Below, piece by piece: positions 6,262 through 13,566 of a stretch of DNA of 13,566 nucleotides (the first letter of the stretch is position 1; the number at the start of each line of letters is the position of its first letter). Origin of the DNA: Nitrososphaerota archaeon (lineage in GTDB: Archaea; Thermoproteota; Nitrososphaeria; Nitrososphaerales; UBA57); the NCBI GenBank assembly GCA_002713205.1, contig PAVW01000019.1, positions 27,375 to 40,940 of the forward strand, written 5' to 3'. The notes below the pieces were generated by a model, which was not told the DNA's origin, made no database searches, and saw nothing but the letters and a program-made list of their open reading frames with translations. A program made the translations under genes and the position numbers.

Positions 6262-6847
6262 TATCTTTAATTTTTAATGATTTATTTGAAATTCTTGCAA
6301 ATACAAAAAGTAAATCTGATAATCTATTGAGATATGGTATTATATTTTTATTAATATCTTCTTTTTCACTTAGCTCTACAGTATTTCTTTCAGCTCTCCT
6401 ACAAATTGTTCTACTGATATGAAATAATGATGCTAAAATTGATCCTCCTGGTAATATAAAATTTTTTAATGGTTCTAGATTTATTGTGCAATCATCAATT
6501 AGTTTTTCTATTTTATTAATGTCTTTAATTCCTATTTTTTTCATTTTTGATAATCGATTGTATTTTTTATTGGGTTTTGGTGTTGCTAAATCAGCTCCAA
6601 TTATGAATAAATCATTTTGAATTTTTACTAATGCTTTTTCCATATTTTTATAATTTTTTTTAAATTTTACATCTATATTATTTAATTTATATACAGAATT
6701 TGCTGTAGCTCTAATTAATCCTATGAATGAATTTAATTCATCGATTTCTCCATATGTGGACACTCTTATTGATGATTTACTGATTCTTTTTGATATACCA
6801 AATAGATCTGTTTTACCAGAATCTCCTTTTTTTGTATATATCTTCAT
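6248..6847 (-). CDS. pduO: ATP:cob(I)alamin adenosyltransferase, PduO/MMAB type
   Basis: 199 aa. The N-terminus IYTKKGDSGKTDLFG..RISKSS.RVSTYGEIDELNSFIGL is the hallmark PduO-type opening, and the C-terminal YLNRLSDLLFVFAR matches the family. Confidence 0.85.
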   Translation of the reverse strand: MKIYTKKGDSGKTDLFGISKRISKSSIRVSTYGEIDELNSFIGLIRATANSVYKLNNIDVKFKKNYKNMEKALVKIQNDLFIIGADLATPKPNKKYNRLSKMKKIGIKDINKIEKLIDDCTINLEPLKNFILPGGSILASLFHISRTICRRAERNTVELSEKEDINKNIIPYLNRLSDLLFVFARISNKSLKIKDIKWE

Positions 6848-6962
6848 ATTATGTATTATATAATTTGAGATTTAAGGACTTTTTCAAAAATTATTATTCT
6901 GTATTCATTTAAATAATTGTTTTTTCTATTGCCTACATAAGTGAACAAATTTGTCAGTAGAT

Positions 6963-7181
6963 ATGTCCGTAAAAATTTTAGAAGAAAGTTTAGGTCGCGT
7001 TGTTTTAATTAAATTAAAAGGCGGCAAGGTATTTCGAGGTTCTCTTCAAGGATTTGATCAGCATATGAATTTAACTCTAAATGACTCTCAAGAAATTTTA
7101 TCAGATGATAAAACAGAAGATTTAGGCACAATTATTGTTCGAGGAGATAATGTTATCTTGATTTCTCCTCCTCCTGATTAG
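6963..7181 (+). CDS. lsm: Sm-like archaeal protein (LSm/SmAP)
   Basis: Sm1 motif: [27 protein letters not shown]. Sm2 motif: [15 protein letters not shown] at 6963 is preferred over the TTG at 6951. It lies immediately upstream of rpl37e, the classic archaeal Sm-L37e pair. Confidence 0.9.
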   Translation: MSVKILEESLGRVVLIKLKGGKVFRGSLQGFDQHMNLTLNDSQEILSDDKTEDLGTIIVRGDNVILISPPPD

Positions 7182-7192
7182 AGGTTTTTTAC

Positions 7193-7360
7193 ATGGTTAA
7201 AGGTACTACTTCTTTTGGTCTTCATAGCCGAGGACAAACACATATGCGTTGCAGAAGATGCGGAAGGCATTCTTATCATATGACACATCGAAAATGTGCA
7301 TTTTGTGGTTTTGGACGATCTGCAAAACTTCGTCAATATAGCTGGATGCATTCAAGGTAA
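7193..7360 (+). CDS. rpl37e: 50S ribosomal protein L37e (eL37)
   Basis: Hand-translated; it is below the ORF-track cutoff. Sequence: MVKGTTSFGLHSRGQTHMRCRRCGRHSYHMTHRKCAFCGFGRSAKLRQYSWMHSR. It has the eL37 GT.SFG opening and the C-x2-C...C-x2-C zinc ribbon. It starts 11 nt after the LSm stop. Confidence 0.9.
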   Translation: MVKGTTSFGLHSRGQTHMRCRRCGRHSYHMTHRKCAFCGFGRSAKLRQYSWMHSR

Positions 7361-7386
7361 CTGTCAACAAAATATGAGTTCAAGTC

Positions 7387-7397
7387 TTTTTATTTTT
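7387..7397 (+). terminator. T5-A-T5 tract downstream of rpl37e
   Basis: TTTTTATTTTT lies 27 nt after the rpl37e stop codon and is a candidate oligo-T terminator. The following TTTTTAAATT could also act as a TATA box for the next gene. Confidence 0.35.
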
Positions 7398-7416
7398 AAA
7401 TTGAGTAATCATTTAC

Positions 7417-8190
7417 ATGACAATAACTGAGATATTTCTTGCAATTCTTGGCGGTATTACTTTGGGTTCTATAGCGTCTGTTATTCTCAGTAAGTATTTT
7501 AATTCACGACTTAATGTTCCTAAATTAGATGTTGAAAAAGAATCACAAAGTATCATTGATAAATTTGAAGTGGAGAAAGCTCGAATGAAATATAAGACTA
7601 TAAAATTAGAAAAAGAATTACACACTGACGCATTAACTCGTGTATTTCAAGCTGAAGGCGACGGTCGAATTTCCAAAACTGAACGCGATTTATTATCCAA
7701 TAAATATAGAGAACAAATAAAAACATTGGATAGTAGAATCCAAGATTCTGAATTAATTCTAGAGGCGAGTGAATTAGAAAATTTACGTATTGAATTACAA
7801 AATCTTTTTAAAAATAAAATTTCACAAATTGAAAGAAGACTCTCTGAATTGTCTCTTAAAATTGAAAATATTACATCATTCAAAAAAACTAATTCTGATA
7901 TGGTTCAAGAACTAAACAAACAGGATACTGTTATAAAACCTTCAAAAATTACAATAGAACCTTTACCTGTAATTAACAAAAACCTATCAATTGAAAAAGA
8001 ACTGATTTCAAAACAATCCAAAACAGTAAAACAATCCTCTAATGAAAAAAATTCGAATATTTCAATAAAATCTCAACCTTCAAAAATTAAAATTGAAAGT
8101 TTACCTATAATAGATGAAAAAACTAAAGCTATAAAAAATGAAGTTCTCGAAGCATTACAAAAACTAGAACAATTGGATGCAGAAAATTGA
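7417..8190 (+). CDS. Membrane-anchored coiled-coil protein, function unknown
   Basis: 257 aa with ATG start. The N-terminal TM helix is IFLAILGGITLGSIASVIL. It is followed by about 130 aa of heptad-like, charged sequence (ELENLRIELQNLFKNKISQIERRLSELSLKIENI). The S/K/N-rich tail contains two copies of a PSKIxIExLPxI motif and ends in an acidic terminus. Confidence 0.7.
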   Translation: MTITEIFLAILGGITLGSIASVILSKYFNSRLNVPKLDVEKESQSIIDKFEVEKARMKYKTIKLEKELHTDALTRVFQAEGDGRISKTERDLLSNKYREQIKTLDSRIQDSELILEASELENLRIELQNLFKNKISQIERRLSELSLKIENITSFKKTNSDMVQELNKQDTVIKPSKITIEPLPVINKNLSIEKELISKQSKTVKQSSNEKNSNISIKSQPSKIKIESLPIIDEKTKAIKNEVLEALQKLEQLDAEN

Positions 8191-8861
8191 GCAAAGAAGA
8201 AGCAATTAGGAATATGGGTGAGAAAGTAGCCCAAAATATCAAAGATGGTCAATTATTGGGACTAGGGAGTGGTTCTGCGGTTGCATCTTTTGTAAATGCT
8301 CTAGGAAAACGAATACAAGATGAAAAACTTGAAATTCATGGCATTCCGACATCAATGCAAGTTGAAATAATTGCTAAATCTAATGGTATAATTCTTGAAT
8401 CATCTTCATTAATTCCACAAATCGATATTGTAGTTGATGGAGCTGATCAAATAGATGCTGACTTTGTAATGATTAAAGGTGGAGGCGGTGCACATTTTAG
8501 AGAAAAAATAATAATTGCTGCTGCTAATGAATCAATTATCGTCGCTGACTCATCTAAATATGTTGAAATTATTACATGGCCCGTTCCATTGGAAGTTTCT
8601 GAATTTTCTCGATTTTTTGTTGAAGAGAAAATTAAATTGATGAATGGTGATCCTGTTTTACGAACTTTAAATAAGGGCTATCCATTTTTTACTCAAAATG
8701 GTAATCTTATAATTGATGCTCATTTTGGCGAAATAACTAATCCAAAAAATTTAGAGCAATTATTATTGAATATACCTGGTATTATTGCTAATGGCATATT
8801 TTCTACGAAGATTAATAAATTTTTTCGTGCTAATTCTGATGGTACTGTTGATATAATATGA
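8187..8861 (+). CDS. rpiA: Ribose-5-phosphate isomerase A
   Basis: RpiA motifs: LLGLGSGSAV, IPTS, VDGADQID and IKGGGGAHFREKII. TTG at 8187 overlaps the upstream TGA (TTGA). An alternative start is ATG at 8214. Confidence 0.9.
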   Translation: MSKEEAIRNMGEKVAQNIKDGQLLGLGSGSAVASFVNALGKRIQDEKLEIHGIPTSMQVEIIAKSNGIILESSSLIPQIDIVVDGADQIDADFVMIKGGGGAHFREKIIIAAANESIIVADSSKYVEIITWPVPLEVSEFSRFFVEEKIKLMNGDPVLRTLNKGYPFFTQNGNLIIDAHFGEITNPKNLEQLLLNIPGIIANGIFSTKINKFFRANSDGTVDII

Positions 8862-9163
8862 GCTTAACTGAATTATCTCAAAGACTTCTTTTTAATAGCA
8901 TTGTTGAAGTCTGGGTAGCATTGTGCAAAGATTCTGATTATGATTGGCAAAATAAACGTGCTTTTAATTTATTTGTAACATTTATTAAAAACAATAATTT
9001 TGAAATAAAAAGCCTTCCTGTATGTCCTAGTGGAAGCGGTGTAAAAGAACAATTTGAAAAAAAGATTTCAATATTATTTGGAAATCCAAATTCTAGTTTT
9101 GTACTTAAAACTGATCAAGTTACTCTGAATAAATTAAATAATTTTAAATTTGATACTATTTAA
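8858..9163 (+). CDS. Hypothetical protein (101 aa)
   Basis: The ATG overlaps the rpiA stop (ATGA at 8858-8861), which suggests translational coupling. I recognise no motifs. Composition resembles the neighbouring genes. Confidence 0.55.
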   Translation: MSLTELSQRLLFNSIVEVWVALCKDSDYDWQNKRAFNLFVTFIKNNNFEIKSLPVCPSGSGVKEQFEKKISILFGNPNSSFVLKTDQVTLNKLNNFKFDTI

Positions 9164-9166
9164 TTG

Positions 9167-9189
9167 AATTTATATTAAAAATTTATATT
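9167..9189 (+). promoter_or_regulatory. Two direct copies of AATTTATATT (TATA-box-like) upstream of the Fe-S carrier gene
   Basis: AATTTATATT occurs at 9167-9176 and again at 9180-9189. The second copy is centred about 27 nt upstream of the ATG at 9212, which would fit a leaderless or short-leader transcript. Confidence 0.3.
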
Positions 9190-9211
9190 CGTTTATTTAG
9201 TTAAGATAATT

Positions 9212-9550
9212 ATGAGTCAAACTCAATTAATCACTATTTCTCAAGCTGCTATTGCTAAAGTTAAAGAATTCTCTAAAACTGAACAAAAAAAGAGCGCCGG
9301 TTTACGTGTATATGTTGCAGGTGGCGGGTGTGCAGGTTTAACCTATGGAATGTCTCTTGAAGACACAAGCTCAAATGATGATATCATCATTGAAACTGCT
9401 GGACTAAAACTCTTTATTGATCCCCATAGTGCAAAATATTTGCAAGGTTCATCTATTGATTATCTTGAATCAATCGAATCATCTGGTTTTAAGATTAATA
9501 ATCCTAATGTTAGTTCAACATGCGCATGTGGTAAATCAGTTTCAGTTTAA
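9212..9550 (+). CDS. HesB/IscA/SufA-family (A-type) iron-sulfur cluster insertion protein
   Basis: 112 aa. Family pattern: LRVYVAGGGCAGLTYGM ... FID..S..YL.GS.IDY ... F.I.NPN, with the C-terminal CACG cysteine pair. Confidence 0.85.
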   Translation: MSQTQLITISQAAIAKVKEFSKTEQKKSAGLRVYVAGGGCAGLTYGMSLEDTSSNDDIIIETAGLKLFIDPHSAKYLQGSSIDYLESIESSGFKINNPNVSSTCACGKSVSV

Positions 9551-9562
9551 CGATAATCAATT

Positions 9563-10054
9563 ATGTTCATTGGTGATATTTATAGAAAAATATATGGTAT
9601 TCTGTTTTCTAAACCAACAAATTTTAATTGGGTTATTGAAAAACAAATAGCTGCTTCAGGAATTCCTCAATCCAAAAAAGATGTTGATTTTATTGTTGCT
9701 CAAGGAATTTCTTTTATACTTGTTTTAACAACTACTTTTCCTAATGCATTTTTAAATAATTCTAGTTTAAAAATAAAACATTTATCGTTAATTGATCATT
9801 CAATTCCATCTATAGATAAAATTATAGAAGCTCTCGATTTTATTCAAACAAGTATTGATTCTAATTCTGCAATTCTTATACATTGTCGTGCTGGAAAGGG
9901 AAGGACAGGTACTATTCTTGCATCTTATTTTGTAAATTCTGGATGGGACGTTCAAAAATCAATAAAACATATTCGAAAACTTCGACCTGGTTCTATTGAA
10001 AAGAAACAAATACTTGCTCTTGAAAATTTTAAAGACTATTTGGAAAAAACCTAA
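9563..10054 (+). CDS. Cys-based protein tyrosine/dual-specificity phosphatase
   Basis: 163 aa. The P-loop HCRAGKGRTGT (C-x5-R signature, encoded from 9881) sits in a small single-domain protein. Size and layout resemble archaeal PTPs. Confidence 0.8.
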   Translation: MFIGDIYRKIYGILFSKPTNFNWVIEKQIAASGIPQSKKDVDFIVAQGISFILVLTTTFPNAFLNNSSLKIKHLSLIDHSIPSIDKIIEALDFIQTSIDSNSAILIHCRAGKGRTGTILASYFVNSGWDVQKSIKHIRKLRPGSIEKKQILALENFKDYLEKT

Positions 10055-10068
10055 TTCGTGAATAACTA

Positions 10069-10557
10069 ATGAAACTTCATTATTTATCAAAACGAGAAAA
10101 AAATATACTATTTGATCTTATTGACAAAAACCTTCCATTACTTAATATCGAAAAAATTAAAGACATCAAATCTATACATATAAATGCAGATACTGCCATT
10201 ATAATTTCTGATTCTTTTATTTTAATTCGTTCAAATGACACTGTATTTCCATTTCTTAAAGATAAAGAAACACTTGGAAAATTACCAATTATTACTGTTG
10301 ATCAAGGGGCAATTCGTTTCATTTGTAATGGGGCAAATATTATGAGACCAGGAATTAAGCATATTGAACATGATTTTCAAAAAAACACTATTGTGGTGAT
10401 CGTTGAAGAATTACATGCTACGAATATTGCAGTTGGTCGAACATTATATTCTAAAACTGAAATTCTTAACCTAAAGCAAGGTCCTGTGATTTCTAATTTA
10501 CATTTTCTTGGCGATGATATTTGGAAATCATCTTTATCTATTGATATATTGTCATAA
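10069..10557 (+). CDS. PUA-domain RNA-binding protein (MCT-1/Tma20-like archaeal type)
   Basis: 162 aa. The C-terminal PUA pattern is ITVDQGAIRFICNGANIMRPGI ... VVIVEE....IAVGRTLYS. Confidence 0.75.
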   Translation: MKLHYLSKREKNILFDLIDKNLPLLNIEKIKDIKSIHINADTAIIISDSFILIRSNDTVFPFLKDKETLGKLPIITVDQGAIRFICNGANIMRPGIKHIEHDFQKNTIVVIVEELHATNIAVGRTLYSKTEILNLKQGPVISNLHFLGDDIWKSSLSIDILS

Positions 10558-10603
10558 AATATTCTCTAGTAAATTAATAAGTTAGTAACACTATGATAAA
10601 ATT

Positions 10604-10894
10604 GTGGCTAAAACTAAGAAAAATGTATCAAGTCAAAATAGTCAAATGTATCTCAAAGCTGTTCAACTTCGTAATATTGACCAAGTATCTTCTATTAAAG
10701 ATGAAGTTTCTAGGAATATGATTGTTATTTTGCGTATTACTCCTTTAGCACAAAAAAATGTTCAAGATTTAAAACAAACTGTTGAAGAATTATATGGATT
10801 CGTATCATCCATTGGTGGTGACATTGCTCGTTTAGGCGATGAAAGAGTTATATTAACTCCTCCAGGTGTTAAAGTTTGGCGAGGTCTAAATTAA
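10604..10894 (+). CDS. sepF: SepF-like cell-division protein (DUF552 core domain only)
   Basis: The core aligns by eye to bacterial SepF. IVILRITPLAQKNVQDLKQTVEELYGFVSSIGGDIARLGDERVILTPPGVKV compares with B. subtilis [49 protein letters not shown]. The start is GTG at 10604 or ATG at 10646. An in-frame TAA at 10586-10588 blocks any longer N-terminus. Confidence 0.8.
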   Translation: MAKTKKNVSSQNSQMYLKAVQLRNIDQVSSIKDEVSRNMIVILRITPLAQKNVQDLKQTVEELYGFVSSIGGDIARLGDERVILTPPGVKVWRGLN

Positions 10895-12804
10895 CGTAAT
10901 TTAATTGCTTCTTGTACTTCTGGTCTATGCGTTCTTATTCTATAAATTCTTGATATTGAACTAGCTAAATTTTCTACTTTCTTTTGCTCTCCATGGTTTA
11001 CAATTACTTGCCTTAATTTCGGTCTCAATTTTCCTACAAATTTAATTAATTGATTATAGTCAGAATGACCACTGAACCCGTCAATCTTTTCAATTGAACA
11101 ATTTATATCAACGATCTTTATTTTTCCATCTTGACCTACAATACTGACTTGTTTTATCCCTTCCATGATTCTCCTACCTAATGTACCTGCAATTTGATAA
11201 GATACAAATATAAATTTATTTTTTTCATCTGGTGCTAATTCTTCTAAATATCGCATAACTGGACCTCCTTCTAACATCCCTGACGTTGCCATTATAATAC
11301 ATGGTTCATCTCTTAGTACTTCTTCTCTTTTACTTGGATGATCTACTATTGTAAAATATTCACTTTGAAATGGATTTTCTTGTCCTGAAGAAATTTTATT
11401 TCGTAATTCACGACTCAAAAAATCCGTATATGCTACGTGTATTGCTGTAGCTTCTGAAATCATTCCTTCTAAAAATATTGGACATTGAATTAAATTTCCT
11501 TCCTTCATATGTTGATCAAGTACTAACATTATTTCTTGTGCCCTGCCAACTGCAGGACTGGGAATTACTACTTTTCCACCATTTTTTAATGTATCGTTAA
11601 TTGAATTAACAAGATTTGATTCCATTTGTTGACGTGTTGGCATTATATCTGCTTTTCCTCCATAAGTACTTTCCATAATTAAAGTTTCAACTCTAGGATA
11701 ATTCCAAGTAGTTTCGTCAAACAATTTAGTTTTGGCAAATTTGAAATCGCCTGTATATACTATATTGTGCAAACCGTCGCCTATGTGTAAATGGGATGTC
11801 GCAGATCCCAAAATATGTCCTGCATTATTGAGGACTAGTTTGATATCTGGTGAAATATCAGTAACTAGACCAAATGTTAAAGGAATTGTCTGTTCTATCA
11901 TTTTCCGTACGTCTCTAGCTTCGTATAAAACATGCGTACCTTCATGCGCGGCTATTTTTACATAATCATTATGTAGTAATGACATAAGTGCAAGTGTTGG
12001 TTCTGTACAATAAACAGGTCCTTTATATCCATACTTGAATAAAACTGGTAAATAACCTGAATGATCTAAATGAGCATGGGATATTACTATTGCATCTATG
12101 TCGTTTATATCGAAATCAGCCCAATCTAATCTTGGATATGAATTCCAAGGAAATCTAGCGTTAGGTAGAATTCCACAATCAAGTAATATCTTACTTTCTG
12201 GTGTTGTAAGTAACATGCAAGATCTTCCTACTTGATTAAAACCTCCTAATGTTAATAGCGAAATAGATGATCCTTGTGATACTTTTTCCCGAAATATTTC
12301 TTCCCCGACTTGTCTATAAAATTGACTTCTTCCATCTGCTTCTGAATTACGAACATAATTGATTATTTTAATACTGTTTGAAGGTAAATCTGAACCTTTT
12401 TTAATTAGAATTTTCCATCCTATTAAAGCTGATAATTCGTTAAGATTTAGTTCATTATTATTTATAATAAACGGTTCTTTTGCTTCTACAACTACTTCTC
12501 CTAATGCGTTATCAAAATAAATATTAGTAATTTTTGCCTCGTTCGGTAATTTATCATATAATGTTTTAGTTGCTTCTTTTTCTGGTTTTCTCATTGAACG
12601 ATCAATGCGAATTACCAGTCTTCTTTTTACTGAGTTTACTATATCTGAAATAATTTGACTATTTTCACTTAAGAATTGATAATTTTTTGTGTGAATTGAA
12701 ATTCGTGGCCCTTCATATTCTATTCTGGTTATTTCGGCTTCTTTGGGCATGTATTGATATATTGTACTTGTTATGTCTTGTGGTGACTTGTTTGAATTTG
12801 CCAT
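10891..12804 (-). CDS. fttA: aCPSF1/FttA: KH-domain + metallo-beta-lactamase + beta-CASP ribonuclease (archaeal transcription termination factor)
   Basis: 637 aa. The N-terminal tandem KH region is (ITRIEYEGPRISIHTKN ... ITNIYFDNALGEVVVEAK). The MBL motif is ISHAHLDHSGYLP, followed by a beta-CASP region and a C-terminal GFSGHSD. Confidence 0.92.
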   Translation of the reverse strand: MANSNKSPQDITSTIYQYMPKEAEITRIEYEGPRISIHTKNYQFLSENSQIISDIVNSVKRRLVIRIDRSMRKPEKEATKTLYDKLPNEAKITNIYFDNALGEVVVEAKEPFIINNNELNLNELSALIGWKILIKKGSDLPSNSIKIINYVRNSEADGRSQFYRQVGEEIFREKVSQGSSISLLTLGGFNQVGRSCMLLTTPESKILLDCGILPNARFPWNSYPRLDWADFDINDIDAIVISHAHLDHSGYLPVLFKYGYKGPVYCTEPTLALMSLLHNDYVKIAAHEGTHVLYEARDVRKMIEQTIPLTFGLVTDISPDIKLVLNNAGHILGSATSHLHIGDGLHNIVYTGDFKFAKTKLFDETTWNYPRVETLIMESTYGGKADIMPTRQQMESNLVNSINDTLKNGGKVVIPSPAVGRAQEIMLVLDQHMKEGNLIQCPIFLEGMISEATAIHVAYTDFLSRELRNKISSGQENPFQSEYFTIVDHPSKREEVLRDEPCIIMATSGMLEGGPVMRYLEELAPDEKNKFIFVSYQIAGTLGRRIMEGIKQVSIVGQDGKIKIVDINCSIEKIDGFSGHSDYNQLIKFVGKLRPKLRQVIVNHGEQKKVENLASSISRIYRIRTHRPEVQEAIKLR

Positions 12805-13455
12805 TTATTTTCTACCAGTAATATCAGCAAGAATTTTTTGTTTTTCTTCAAATGTATATTCTTTCAAGCTGTCTTTTTTTATTGTCACAATGTTTAATCC
12901 ATCTCCTGTTCCGGAATTTCTTAGAATTGCAGCATGAACTGCTTTTACTGCTATCGGTAAAGCTTTTTCTATTGTTAACGATTCTTTGAACTCTGATTCA
13001 ATAATTCCATATGCAACTGGTGAACCGCTTCCTGTAGAATAATATGATTCTTTAGTTAGTGTTCCAAATAAATCTACATTGTATAATTGTGCTCCATCTT
13101 CATCTATTCCTCCTACTAAAATATCTGCATAATAAGGTGCTAGTTGATGAAGTGCTGAGAAAAATAAATTCGATGTTAATCTTGCAATTGACGATATAGG
13201 TAACGGCCTTGATTTTTCAATTTTATATATACTTGAATTATATTTTAGCTGATCTACTACATATTGCGCATCTGCAACTCCTCCTGCTATAGTTACTGCA
13301 ACGTGCTCATCAATCACTGCAATTTTGTTTACTGTTCTGCTAGCAACATAATATCCCATTGATGCTCTTGTATCTGTAGTTAATACTATGCCGTCTGTAC
13401 ATACTAAACCTACAGTGGTTGTTCCATGAACTTGATTTTGAATATTATTATGCAA
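12805..13455 (-). CDS. psmB: Proteasome subunit beta (with short propeptide)
   Basis: MHNNIQNQVHG|TTTVGLVCTDGIVLTTDTRAS carries the catalytic Thr after the G-T processing site. Later family motifs GSGS and the Ntn fold pattern are present. The start is TTG at 13455, the only start after an upstream in-frame stop. The stop codon directly abuts the ATG of fttA. Confidence 0.9.
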   Translation of the reverse strand: MHNNIQNQVHGTTTVGLVCTDGIVLTTDTRASMGYYVASRTVNKIAVIDEHVAVTIAGGVADAQYVVDQLKYNSSIYKIEKSRPLPISSIARLTSNLFFSALHQLAPYYADILVGGIDEDGAQLYNVDLFGTLTKESYYSTGSGSPVAYGIIESEFKESLTIEKALPIAVKAVHAAILRNSGTGDGLNIVTIKKDSLKEYTFEEKQKILADITGRK

Positions 13456-13566
13456 TGTAAATATACCTCAGAAAGAAAACTATAAGATGTAAATTTATTA
13501 TAAATAAAGTAAATAAACCTTGCTTTTTTATTATATTCATTAATTATTATCATTCTTTTTTTCCCC

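Noticed and set aside
7413-7883. Minus-strand ORFs 7413..7625 and 7647..7883.
   Set aside because: They are antisense to the coiled-coil membrane protein gene, with no motifs, and the first would also run into the promoter region.
9417-9650. Plus-strand ORF of 77 aa in an alternative frame.
   Set aside because: It overlaps the conserved 3' half of the Fe-S carrier gene and the start of the phosphatase gene in another frame, and its translation has no features.
11732-11965. Plus-strand ORF of 77 aa.
   Set aside because: It is antisense and internal to fttA/aCPSF1, within the conserved metallo-beta-lactamase region.
1-13566. Whole-window search for a defence, mobile or otherwise novel multi-gene system, such as an integrated element next to the tRNA genes.
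   Set aside because: The genes flanking both tRNAs are ordinary housekeeping or membrane genes with uniform AT-rich composition. There is no integrase, transposase, nuclease/ATPase defence pair, repeat array or compositional break. Claiming a novel system here would go beyond the evidence.

Overview
This is a visibly AT-rich, tightly packed archaeal chromosomal segment. It carries about 23 protein genes (one truncated at the left edge, one small ORF absent from the ORF track) and 2 tRNA genes. The content is mostly housekeeping. It includes the LSm + ribosomal protein eL37 pair, ribosomal protein uS10 and the proteasome beta subunit directly abutting aCPSF1/FttA. It also includes RpiA, an A-type Fe-S carrier, thioredoxin, CofE, a PduO-type cobalamin adenosyltransferase, a RidA-family protein, a HAD phosphatase and a CBS/CorC-type transporter. 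The remaining genes are a DedA/YqaA-like membrane protein, a Cys-type protein phosphatase, a PUA-domain protein and a SepF homolog. The gene set plus tRNAs split by several non-canonical introns suggests a Nitrosopumilales-like thaumarchaeon; this is inference, not proof. I see no CRISPR array, transposase, integrase, toxin-antitoxin pair or recognisable defence or mobile system, so this looks like core genome rather than an accessory island. The most notable features are two tRNA genes, both lying in GC-rich islands. tRNA-Met/Ile2(CAU) is interrupted by three short introns and tRNA-Ser(UGA) by two, and each intron is supported by a bulge-helix-bulge fold I could draw by hand. Some of these introns share sequence. 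Lesser items are a minimal SepF lacking any membrane-targeting N-terminus, and a membrane-anchored coiled-coil protein with a duplicated proline motif that is translationally coupled to rpiA and a 101-aa unknown. There is also an unlisted zinc-ribbon mini-ORF, and several convergent or overlapping gene ends.
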